DNA from: Candidatus Omnitrophota bacterium
GTDB taxonomy: Bacteria; Ratteibacteria; UBA8468; B48-G9; JAFGKM01
DNA: 64,000 nt
NCBI GenBank assembly: GCA_016928555.1
Contig: JAFGKM010000005.1
Location: 9,758 to 73,757 of the forward strand
Direction: 5' to 3'
In this document: positions 54,049 to 63,120 of the stretch, piece by piece
Layout of the letters: each line of letters starts with the position of its first letter
Numbering within the stretch: the stretch's first letter is position 1
Translations under genes and position numbers: made by a program
Notes under the pieces: generated by a model
Told to the model about the DNA's origin: nothing
Seen by the model: only the letters and a program-made list of their open reading frames with translations
The model's database searches: none

Positions 54049-54576
54049 TTCCTTTACTGATTTTTTTGATGTTTTACTATAGATGCAGAATTCAGACAAT
54101 GAAAAGGGTCAAAATCTTTATCCTTAGCTGCTCGTTTTTTCCCTCCTGCGCGGCTGTTTTAAAAACCGGTAATAAAAATTCTGTAGTGAGGAAAGTTACG
54201 CGACAATTTCAGCGCGGAGTCCGCCAACGCTTTAGTGGAGGAAATGGCCGACCCGATGCGTTTCGAAAGCCGAGACGGCGCCGAATCCCCCTATGGAATC
54301 AGGTCTACCTGAAAGCGTTGCTGCACAAGGGTTTGCAGTGATATAAGTATTTGGAATGATACTACCAGACCTCATTCTTACTGCCGATTTTATCTGCGGG
54401 AATTAGAGAATTTGACAGGGCAGGGATGCTGTGAAAAAATATATTTTAACTTTACTTGTGTGGATAACTGGAATAAATAGACGAAAGGATATTGCAACAA
54501 AATTGCTCCTGTTTCCCGTTCATCCAGAAGAAAAACAGTATTCCATCAATTATTTACCGGCCGAGAGGCATAGATC

Positions 54577-55482
54577 ATGAAAGAAATTTGGATTGCATTT
54601 GGATTAACGTTTTTCGCGGGAATGGCTACCGGGATCGGCAGTGTCATCGCGTTCACTGCAAAGAGAACGAACTATCGTTTTCTCTCTATGGCAACGGGGT
54701 TCTCGGCAGGCGTGATGCTCTATGTTTCATTTGTGGAGATATTCGTCAAGGCCGGAGAATCTGTTGCGCAACGATATGGCGACTACTGGGGACACTGGAT
54801 CAACGCCGCCTCATTCTTCGGCGGGATGTTGCTGATCGGGGTGATCGACAACTTGATCCCAGCCGCCGAGAACCCGCACGAAACGCACGCGGAAGCCGAG
54901 ACCATGCCGCTCCACAATCCGCTCGCGTTCCCACCCGACTTCCGCAAAGCCGCGGCAGGTGAATCAGCGCGGGGAGAAGGGTTTCACGATCACAGCGTCA
55001 GGCATCATAAGCTGATGCGGATGGGGGTGTTCACGGCCATAGCCATAGGCATTCACAATTTTCCGGAAGGCTTGGCCACATTCCTTGCCGTCCTGCATGA
55101 TCCACACCTGGGCCTCGCCATTGCAGTTGCGATTGCACTGCACAACATTCCCGAAGGGATCAGTGTATCGGTTCCGATCTTCTACGCCACAGGAAGCCGT
55201 AAGAGAGCATTCGTCTACTCTGTGCTCAGCGGATTGGCCGAGCCGATCGGGGCCGGCATTGGATACCTTGCGATCCGGTTGTTCCTGGCAGGCAACGCCG
55301 GGGTGATTCCGTCGGAGGTAATGGGTATTCTTTTCGGGGGCGTGGCGGGCATTATGGTGTACATCAGCCTGGATGAATTACTTCCGACAAGCAGGGCATA
55401 CGGAAAAGGTCACGACAGTCTATTCGGACTGGTAGCAGGCATGCTGGTGATGGCTTTGAGTCTGTTGTTGATGAAGCAATGA
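54577..55482 (+). CDS. zupT: ZIP family zinc transporter
   Basis: ZupT-like His-rich loop (HETHAEAE...HDHSVRHH) and conserved HNFPEG / HNIPEG motifs. It lies in a visibly GC-rich patch. Confidence 0.85.
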   Translation: MKEIWIAFGLTFFAGMATGIGSVIAFTAKRTNYRFLSMATGFSAGVMLYVSFVEIFVKAGESVAQRYGDYWGHWINAASFFGGMLLIGVIDNLIPAAENPHETHAEAETMPLHNPLAFPPDFRKAAAGESARGEGFHDHSVRHHKLMRMGVFTAIAIGIHNFPEGLATFLAVLHDPHLGLAIAVAIALHNIPEGISVSVPIFYATGSRKRAFVYSVLSGLAEPIGAGIGYLAIRLFLAGNAGVIPSEVMGILFGGVAGIMVYISLDELLPTSRAYGKGHDSLFGLVAGMLVMALSLLLMKQ

Positions 55483-55735
55483 ACACACGGCGGCCAACAA
55501 CTGTTTGGCCTCCTACGCCGGTTCTGCTACGCTCCACCTGCGAGGTTACGGCGGCCCGTTGGCTCCGGGAGAAGACAGAAAGGATAACCAGATTGTAGAA
55601 CCCAAACCGCAAATACCGGATTGTCTAGAATAGCAGTTTGGATCGTCCCGTTTTATAAATGGCGGCGCTCCCCGCCAGCCTTTTTTTGATAAGATAGGAG
55701 CGTCCGAATCAATCAGGACGCCCCAAAAGGACATG

Positions 55736-56092
55736 TTACTTAAGAAATTTTGAAACAAACGGAGATGTTTCTCCCCAACGCAGGAAATGCCCTGAGGGCC
55801 CTTCTCCGACGAACTCGGAAAACCATGATTCATGTTCAATTTCCTCGTTGAGTATCGCAAGGGCAAGGCCATAAATGCGCGGCATGAGAGCTCCAAAATG
55901 ATTGCGGTCCTCTATCCTTGCCGTTTCCGCTATCTCTTTTACTCCTTCTCCCGAAAGCCCGATAAGATTCGCCCGCAATATCGTGTAATAATAAGTTGTC
56001 AGCTCTGCGGACGCGTTCTTTATCAAGAGCTCCAGCAACTTATCCACATCCACGCCTGCCTTCTTTACCATTTCTATTGCTACCTTTGCCAT
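55736..56092 (-). CDS. ferritin-like four-helix-bundle family protein (putative)
   Basis: Four-helix pattern with E/H-rich motif (IEDRNHFG...EIEHE). Start chosen at ATG 56092, which has an AAGGA Shine-Dalgarno. Confidence 0.4.
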   Translation of the reverse strand: MAKVAIEMVKKAGVDVDKLLELLIKNASAELTTYYYTILRANLIGLSGEGVKEIAETARIEDRNHFGALMPRIYGLALAILNEEIEHESWFSEFVGEGPSGHFLRWGETSPFVSKFLK

Positions 56093-56259
56093 TGCATCCT
56101 TCTTTTTTGCGCCTCCCCAGAAGACCACCTTGTCTCCGATGCTCTGGATGTCATATTATGCCTCCCCTTGGAATTGCAGGCATTAATCTTCTTGTATGAT
56201 AATATTTTGCATCTTTAAAATTATCCGATTTAAATCCGCATTTGCAAAACAACTTTTTT

Positions 56260-56287
56260 TTGACATAAAATTACATCCGTGTAAAAT
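56260..56287 (+). promoter_or_regulatory. sigma70-like promoter TTGACA-N16-TAAAAT
   Basis: It sits upstream of URO-D-like paralog 4, in a region divergent from the ferritin-like gene. Confidence 0.45.
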
Positions 56288-56432
56288 TTTTAAAACAAGT
56301 CCTGCATCCCGGGCAGGTTAAGAAAAATGACGGGGGAGCAATAGAGCAGGGTTTCCTTTTTAGCGGTTCGTGCAGGACGGAGATTTTTACCGTACAGACA
56401 TAAAAAAACAGCCCCCGAAAGAGAGGAATGGA

Positions 56433-57509
56433 ATGGAATATAAAAAGGATTTTGAAGGATTAATGCCGTATTACGAAGCGTTTTGGAACTGCGGGGTGCT
56501 TGACCGCGTGGCTGTTTCAATCACCGCCCCTCGGGAAGGGAAACGGAGTGAATGGGGGAATTGGTTCAAGCCTTCTTTTGTGGCGACAGAGAGAGCGGAA
56601 AAAGTTCTTGACTGTTTTGAAAAAGAAACGGAGCATACTTATTACGGCGGGCTTGCGGCACCTTTATTCTGGCCCAACCTGGGACCGGACGTTTTTTCGG
56701 CTTTTTTGGGAGTAAAAATGAACTATTCAAAAGATTCCGATGATACGTCCTGGGCGGACTGGGCCCATCCGTTTCTTGACAGCTACGCAAAGGTAGAAGA
56801 CCTGCGCATATCGGATGAAAACTCTTTTTATAAAAAGAACATGGAACTGATACGGCTTGCCGCGGAAAAGGGGAGAGGCAGGTATCTTACCGGCGCTACC
56901 GACATGCATGCCGGTTTTGACTCGCTTGCCGTACTCCGGGGAGGGCCTGATAAGGCGGTACTGGACCTTCTGGATAACCCGGATGGTGTTAAAAAGGCGA
57001 TGAGAGTGCTTTACAAGGCATGGCGAAAAGTCTACGAGGACTATTATGCCATAGTCAAGGATATACAGCCCGGGACTACGACATGGATGCCCATATTTGC
57101 CCCGGGAAGGATGTACGCGGTCCAGAACGATTTTTCATGCCTGGTTTCGCCGGCGATGTACAGGGAATTTTTCCTTGAAGAACTTGTTTCCGAGATAGAA
57201 AGCCTTGATTACTCTATCTATCACCTGGACGGGATGGAAGCGCTCCAGCATCTTGACATTCTGTTGGAAATTCCTAAGCTGAATGCGATACAGTGGGTAT
57301 CGGGAGCGCGCTTTGCAGATTCGGGAATTGCAAAATGGCTGTCCCTTTACAAGAGGATACAGGAAAAGAAAAAAGCGATTGTGGTTTATCCTAAAATTGA
57401 TGAAATTAATCTCGTGCTTGAAAACCTGAAGCCTGAAGGACTTCTGATATCAACCGAGGCCGGTTCGGAACAGGAGGCGGAGGCGGTTCTTAAGAATCTT
57501 GGGTGGTGA
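56433..57509 (+). CDS. URO-D-like family protein, paralog 4
   Basis: A GAGAGG Shine-Dalgarno 6 nt before ATG 56433 (MEYKKDFEGL...). The ...IYHLDGMEALQHLDILLEIPKLNAIQW region is URO-D-like. Confidence 0.55.
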   Translation: MEYKKDFEGLMPYYEAFWNCGVLDRVAVSITAPREGKRSEWGNWFKPSFVATERAEKVLDCFEKETEHTYYGGLAAPLFWPNLGPDVFSAFLGVKMNYSKDSDDTSWADWAHPFLDSYAKVEDLRISDENSFYKKNMELIRLAAEKGRGRYLTGATDMHAGFDSLAVLRGGPDKAVLDLLDNPDGVKKAMRVLYKAWRKVYEDYYAIVKDIQPGTTTWMPIFAPGRMYAVQNDFSCLVSPAMYREFFLEELVSEIESLDYSIYHLDGMEALQHLDILLEIPKLNAIQWVSGARFADSGIAKWLSLYKRIQEKKKAIVVYPKIDEINLVLENLKPEGLLISTEAGSEQEAEAVLKNLGW

Positions 57510-57585
57510 AAGAGTCCTGCTCTTTACGGCGTATTAAAGAGAAATTCTTAACTGTCCGGGAAAATGTTTCTGAGGAGATGAAAAA

Positions 57586-58755
57586 ATGTATGAATCAAAA
57601 ACTTTTGTTTATCATGGTCCGGGGGTTGTAAGATGCGAAACAAGAAATATTGAGGGTGGGCCTGAAGACGTTATTGTCAAAATACGGGCTTCCGCCCGCT
57701 GCGGAACCGACAAGACCATATTTTATAAAGGGCATTACAAGGTTAACCCGCCTGCAGTGCTTGGACATGAGGTATCTGCTGAAATCGTTCAGATAGGCCC
57801 AAAGGTAAAGGATTTGAAAAACGGAATAGGATACAGGGAAGGGGAAAAGATAAGTTTTGATCTGAAGGTCGGAGACAGGGTAACCGTCCAATCCCGCATA
57901 GCAAGGTATGAAAACGGCCTGATGCTGTTAAGCGACCCGATAACCATTTTAAGTTTTATTATTCCAGGAGGTTACTCCCAGTATATGAAAATCCCAAAGG
58001 AACTTATTTTGTCCGGCTCGGTGGTTAAAATTCCAGAATCCGTGAGCGATGAAAATGCGGCTCTCGCGGAACCTGCCGCCTGCGCCCTTGAATCTATTTT
58101 CGCCACCCCGCATCCCGTCGGAGTGGACAGGGAAGGGAGGCATATTTACCGCTCGGGTATTAAAAAAGGAGGAAATGCCTGTGTAATAGGATCCGGAACA
58201 GTAAGCATGATATATGCCCTTCTGTGCCGGCTTGAAGAGGCAAAAAACATATTTATTATTGTGCGTTCTGAAAGCAAGGCGGAAACGGTAAGAAAAATCA
58301 TGGGCGGCGGGTTTAAAATTATCGTTGTTGGAGATTACGGTAAAAAGCCTATGGAGGAAAAGCTAAGGGAGGAAGAAAAAATTGTCGGAAGACTTAAGGA
58401 CGAAACGGGCGGATATCTTTTTGACGACGTCATCCCCGCATGCCCGAGTTCCGACGCCCAGAGGCTGATGTTGAAGCTTTATACGCTTCAGGGGTATGCC
58501 GTGGGGGCCTGTTTCGGCGGCACGCATGAGCTGGTGGACGGTGCGGATATTGACCAGAATCATTACAGAAGCGCCAAGACCGTAGGAACGTCGGGATGTT
58601 CCACCAGGGCAATGGAAACAATCGTCCGCTGGCTGGGAGAGGGGAAAATATCTTTCAAAGGTTTTAGCAATCCGAAACATTTCACCTTTGCGGATAAACC
58701 GGAAGAATTTTTTACTGCCGAAGGGCTGAAGCCTTTGCTTTATCCGTGGGAATAA
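57586..58755 (+). CDS. zinc-dependent alcohol/polyol dehydrogenase (MDR superfamily)
   Basis: Catalytic zinc motif CGTDKTIFYKGH and GHE. The Rossmann motif is degenerate (VIGSGTVS). Confidence 0.75.
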   Translation: MYESKTFVYHGPGVVRCETRNIEGGPEDVIVKIRASARCGTDKTIFYKGHYKVNPPAVLGHEVSAEIVQIGPKVKDLKNGIGYREGEKISFDLKVGDRVTVQSRIARYENGLMLLSDPITILSFIIPGGYSQYMKIPKELILSGSVVKIPESVSDENAALAEPAACALESIFATPHPVGVDREGRHIYRSGIKKGGNACVIGSGTVSMIYALLCRLEEAKNIFIIVRSESKAETVRKIMGGGFKIIVVGDYGKKPMEEKLREEEKIVGRLKDETGGYLFDDVIPACPSSDAQRLMLKLYTLQGYAVGACFGGTHELVDGADIDQNHYRSAKTVGTSGCSTRAMETIVRWLGEGKISFKGFSNPKHFTFADKPEEFFTAEGLKPLLYPWE

Positions 58756-58758
58756 ACC

Positions 58759-59883
58759 ATGAAAGAGAAAATTTTGATCTTTGGAGCAGGGGCGTTATCC
58801 CTTGGTTTTCTGGGACCGCTGCTTTCAGAGGATTACGATTTGATATTTTGCGACGTGGCAATTAAAAAAGATTTAATAAGATTTCTTCGGAAGGAACACC
58901 AATATTCAATAAACGTATGTTCGGATAAGATTGTTCCGACTGCGGTTTGCGGCGTAACAGCCTTCAACCTTTCCGACAAGGCGGAAAAAGAAGAAGTGAA
59001 AAAAATATTGCAGGGTGTTAAGATTGTCTTTACCGCCGTGGGCACGAAAGGGATAGACGAGACCATGAGTTTCATCAGGGAAAACGGCGGGAAGGGCAGA
59101 AGTAGGAAGCTGTACGTGTTTTCCGCCGAAAATGACAAGGGCGCCGTCAAGAGATGGACAGGCGAAACCGGGGAAAATGTGCAGTTGTGCGATACAATCA
59201 TGGGGAGGATGTGCAGGATTGATTATGCCGGGGAAAAGTACCGGAGCATCTTCCCTGATTTTGATGAAGCGGTTATTGCGGAAGATTTCTACGGCCTGCC
59301 GGTTCTTTCTGCAATTCATAGTGAGGCAGATTTACAAGGAGCGGAGTGGCAGGCAATGCCCGAAAGGGAGTTTGAAGCAAAATCGCGCCTTAAATTGTTC
59401 GGACACAACGGCGCGCACGCCTATTTATCGTATTTCGGTTTCTTGCAAGGATTGAAATACTTTTATGAGTCCGATTCCGGACTTCTTACGGAAGCGGAAA
59501 GTTTTCTTGACAGAGAAATAATTCCTTCCCTGCTTAAGAGTTACGGAGACGTATTCGGCGGAGATGAGCTGGAGGTCTACTGTAAAAAATTGATTTCACG
59601 GATTACAAGCAGGACTTTTGCAGACACTATTGAGAGGGGCACGAGGGATTCGCTGAAAAAAATTACTTCGGGAGAGAGGCTTGCGGAGGGGGCGGCATTT
59701 GTGTTGAAAAACGGAATTGCCCCGGAATATTTTTGCAGAATCATTTCTGCCGGAATAATGATTAACGTGCGGGGCGGGTTGCTGTTCGGCTCCCCGGATA
59801 AAATCATTTCGGAAGATTGCAAAATCAAGGATAAAGAACTGGCAGTCCTGATTAAAAAAGCAATGCAGTCAATGACCTCCTAA
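58759..59883 (+). CDS. mannitol dehydrogenase family protein (MtlD/UxuB-like)
   Basis: N-terminal Rossmann IFGAGALSLGFLGPLL and the C-terminal domain of the mannitol dehydrogenase family. Confidence 0.65.
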   Translation: MKEKILIFGAGALSLGFLGPLLSEDYDLIFCDVAIKKDLIRFLRKEHQYSINVCSDKIVPTAVCGVTAFNLSDKAEKEEVKKILQGVKIVFTAVGTKGIDETMSFIRENGGKGRSRKLYVFSAENDKGAVKRWTGETGENVQLCDTIMGRMCRIDYAGEKYRSIFPDFDEAVIAEDFYGLPVLSAIHSEADLQGAEWQAMPEREFEAKSRLKLFGHNGAHAYLSYFGFLQGLKYFYESDSGLLTEAESFLDREIIPSLLKSYGDVFGGDELEVYCKKLISRITSRTFADTIERGTRDSLKKITSGERLAEGAAFVLKNGIAPEYFCRIISAGIMINVRGGLLFGSPDKIISEDCKIKDKELAVLIKKAMQSMTS

Positions 59884-59993
59884 AAAAAACTTGACAAAAT
59901 TTTTTTTTGTGATATAGTATATAACGAAGCATATGAAACATAACATATGACATTAAAATGAATCACGACAAAAAAAGAACGCCAAGAAGGAAG

Positions 59994-61043
59994 ATGCAGG
60001 ATACGACACTCAGGGAAATAAGCGAGATAACCGGTTTTGCGTGTTCCACCGTATCGGCGGTTTTAAATGACGACAGCAAGTGTTATGCCAGCGTTAAAAC
60101 CAAGGAAAAAATTTTAAAAGCCGCCGGTGAACTGAATTATCATCCCAATCTTCTCTACCGCGGCCTGCGGGCCAAAAAAACCAACACCATAGGATTGATT
60201 GTCCCCAATCTGCACGTCAATGTTTCCATTGCCAGCATAGAGTTGATTGAAGATCTGGCTTGGAAAGCGGGTTACCACCTTTTTCTCGGATACAGCAAGA
60301 ACGACGTGGATAAGGAAGAAGTTTTGCTTAAGGACTTTATAAGCAGGCGCGTGGACGGTATCATTCTTGTCGTCGGCGTGGAAAGAAGGTGCAGGCCGGA
60401 ACTGCAGTATCTGCTGGAACAGGATTTTCCTCTTGTAACCATAGGGAAGCTGGCCCATTTTGATTGTTCCTTTGTTACAACCGACTATTACTGGGGCGGA
60501 CAGTTAGCAGCCCGGCATCTTAACGATGCAGGCCATAAGAAGGTACTTTTGTTTGATGAATTTCCCCCGCCCTCAGCCAGTTTAAGGATGAACGGTTTCA
60601 GGGATACGGCTAAGAAATATAACATGAAAATTGATGAAGTCTTCCTGGTGAACGGGAAAATGGAGAAGAAGATGGCTGTGTTTTCGGAAGAATACCTGAT
60701 AACCGAAAGCGTTTCTATTTTTAAAAAACTGTTAAAAAGCAAAGGTCCGACAGGGGTATTTGCAGCAAATGATGCAATGGCGCTGGGTGTCCTGAAGGCG
60801 GCGCGTGAAATGGGCATCGGGGTTCCGGATGAGCTCTCGGTTATCGGTTTTGACGATACACCCATAGCCGCCTTTGCCTCTGTTCCAATCACCACAATCA
60901 GGCAGAAGAAAGAGGAGATGAGCAGAAAGGTTGTAAAGCTTCTGATGGATAAAATTGAGGGGGAAGAGGAAATACTTCAGGAATACATTCTTCCTGAACT
61001 TGTTGTCCGGTCTTCAACAGGATCGGCAAAAGAGGGCCGTTAA
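59994..61043 (+). CDS. LacI family transcriptional regulator
   Basis: HTH TLREISEITGFACSTVSAVLN and a periplasmic-binding-protein-like effector domain. Start taken at Met 59994. Confidence 0.85.
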   Translation: MQDTTLREISEITGFACSTVSAVLNDDSKCYASVKTKEKILKAAGELNYHPNLLYRGLRAKKTNTIGLIVPNLHVNVSIASIELIEDLAWKAGYHLFLGYSKNDVDKEEVLLKDFISRRVDGIILVVGVERRCRPELQYLLEQDFPLVTIGKLAHFDCSFVTTDYYWGGQLAARHLNDAGHKKVLLFDEFPPPSASLRMNGFRDTAKKYNMKIDEVFLVNGKMEKKMAVFSEEYLITESVSIFKKLLKSKGPTGVFAANDAMALGVLKAAREMGIGVPDELSVIGFDDTPIAAFASVPITTIRQKKEEMSRKVVKLLMDKIEGEEEILQEYILPELVVRSSTGSAKEGR

Positions 61044-61192
61044 GATGTTCACGGATGAAGCTTTATTTCAAGGCAGTTCCCCTTTTTTATCAGAGCTTAG
61101 GGGGAGAAATTGTTCCTCCGGGGCTCTGTTTATATAAATAACGTTAAACATTGAAAGTCCCCAAAACTATACGGGGATAAGGGAGGAGTAAA

Positions 61193-61870
61193 ATGGTCAG
61201 GATGAAAAGGCAGTTGAGCGGTAGCAGGGAAGGCTTCACGCTGATAGAGCTGCTTGTGGTGGTGGCTATCATAGCAATACTGGCGGCAATGCTTCTGCCG
61301 GCTCTGAGCAGAGCGCGTGAGAGAGCCAGGGCGGCGGTTTGCTTAAGCAACCTCAAGCAGATAGGTCTGGCGATGTTTATGTATGCGGACGACTGGTTTG
61401 AATACTTCGGACCGAGTGCAAAACTCGAAGGTAACAAAACTATAGAAGCCCCTTATATAGCCTACGGAGCTCCGAGGAAACTGTGGAAATGCCCCAGCGA
61501 CAGGCTTCCGCGAACATATCAGGCTCCCGAAAGTGCCGCATACGGGCCCAGAAGCTATGCTATAACCAATGGGATTATAGGCTGGAATGTGGATCCCGTA
61601 AAGAGGCCCAGAATAAACCAGCAGTCGACAACCTCACTGATTTGCGACTATTGGCACGAACAGAACAATATGTACGGGACCCGGCAGTGTATCGTTGACT
61701 ATAATTACGTTCAGGATCCGCCCGGTGGCGGGAGGTTCCGGTATCATAATGACGGAGCAAACTATTTCTTTGTTGACGGCCATGCCAGCTGGTACGGGCT
61801 CGACCCCACGTTCGGTTTCAACTGGACGACATACGGAGATTATAACAAAAACTTTTTCTGTCTTTGGTAA
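61193..61870 (+). CDS. prepilin-type N-terminal cleavage/methylation domain protein with DUF1559 (PVC-type pseudopilin)
   Basis: [25 protein letters not shown] and C-terminal ...[16 protein letters not shown]. An AGGGAGGAG Shine-Dalgarno is present. Confidence 0.8.
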   Translation: MVRMKRQLSGSREGFTLIELLVVVAIIAILAAMLLPALSRARERARAAVCLSNLKQIGLAMFMYADDWFEYFGPSAKLEGNKTIEAPYIAYGAPRKLWKCPSDRLPRTYQAPESAAYGPRSYAITNGIIGWNVDPVKRPRINQQSTTSLICDYWHEQNNMYGTRQCIVDYNYVQDPPGGGRFRYHNDGANYFFVDGHASWYGLDPTFGFNWTTYGDYNKNFFCLW

Positions 61871-61937
61871 TAACGGAAATTTCTGTACGGCAGAGAATTA
61901 TCTCAATAAAGGCTGACCGTCTTGTTTCAATCAAAAC

Positions 61938-61975
61938 AAAGGGCGCTCCTTTTTTGAAGAGCGCCCTTTGTCTTA
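61938..61975 (+). terminator. rho-independent terminator (AAAGGGCGCTC-loop-GAGCGCCCTTT + TGTCTT)
   Basis: 11-bp stem and a T-rich tail 70 nt after the DUF1559 gene stop. Confidence 0.55.
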
Positions 61976-62024
61976 TCTGAAAAGATTGATTTAAGTACGG
62001 GAAGCAAGACGGAGGACAGGCCAT

Positions 62025-62873
62025 ATGAAAATTAACCACATAATTTTTCTGATTCATCCCGGCATTTATGAAATGCTGAATGAAAAAGACCCGGAGAGCA
62101 TCCGCAGTGGTAATTACGGGTTGTGTCTTGAGCGGGAGCGCGAAATCAGGCAGAGATGGCTTGATGAATCCGCGTCCCTGAACGCCGGAACGCTTCTCCT
62201 TCAGCTTTACGGTTCAGTGCCCCTGAATGAAATTTTCAAGGGGAAACTCGGAGAGGCGAACGTCTGCTATGTCCGTGCGGAAGTTCCTTCCGGCGGTTTT
62301 ACGGGAGATGCGCTTCAGCGCGAATACCACCGACGGCTGACGGAATGCATACGTTCACACATGGAGCGGTTCGGCCTTGCGATGGATGCGGAAACAATAA
62401 CCTCGGAAATCTGGGGACAGTCTTTTGAAGGATGCGCTCCCGGTTATGCAAGCGCTTTTGCCGAGAACCTGCAGCTCAAGGCGGCTCCCCGGATGCGCTT
62501 TGAGATGACAGGCTATGATTCCTGTTTCCTGTACGGAGCCAAAAGGTGGGAATCAGCCCGCCTGAACGGCACTGATATTGAGGTCTGGCTGTTTGAGTGT
62601 TACGACGGCACCGCCGCGGCTATCTTTCAGGCGCGCCTTCATGCCCAGTGGCTTGACAAACGTCCTATCCGCCTGCAGTTGAATCCGTCGCGTCTGCTTG
62701 TCTGCAATAAGCGGGGGCACACCGTATGGCCGCTCAAACCTTTTAAAAAAGGGGACGATGAAAACCCGTGCGCCTATCAGCTTACCACCTCCGATTCTTA
62801 CTGGGTCCGCTCGGTGAATATGAATTTTGAAGATTTCCGCAAGGTTGTCACTTCTGCCGCAGTCGCAGGTTGA
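62025..62873 (+). CDS. hypothetical protein (no recognisable family)
   Basis: Long ORF with consistent codon periodicity in a slightly GC-richer segment; 282 aa. Confidence 0.45.
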   Translation: MKINHIIFLIHPGIYEMLNEKDPESIRSGNYGLCLEREREIRQRWLDESASLNAGTLLLQLYGSVPLNEIFKGKLGEANVCYVRAEVPSGGFTGDALQREYHRRLTECIRSHMERFGLAMDAETITSEIWGQSFEGCAPGYASAFAENLQLKAAPRMRFEMTGYDSCFLYGAKRWESARLNGTDIEVWLFECYDGTAAAIFQARLHAQWLDKRPIRLQLNPSRLLVCNKRGHTVWPLKPFKKGDDENPCAYQLTTSDSYWVRSVNMNFEDFRKVVTSAAVAG

Positions 62874-63120
62874 ATTCAATTAATCCGCGGGTGTGTCAAG
62901 AAACAGATGAAAAATTTGAAGGAGCACCCCCTCCTTTTGGAAAGGAGGGGCGGGGAGGATTTATAAATTCCCCTTAGTCCCCCTTTTCCAAAGGGGGATA
63001 CAGGATGATAAAAAAGGAGGGAGGTCTATAAATACTTCTTAAATCATTGAAATACTAAGATAAAGACTATTAAAAACATAGCCAAATTTGACAGAACGTA
63101 ATCCGGACAGGGAGGGAGGA

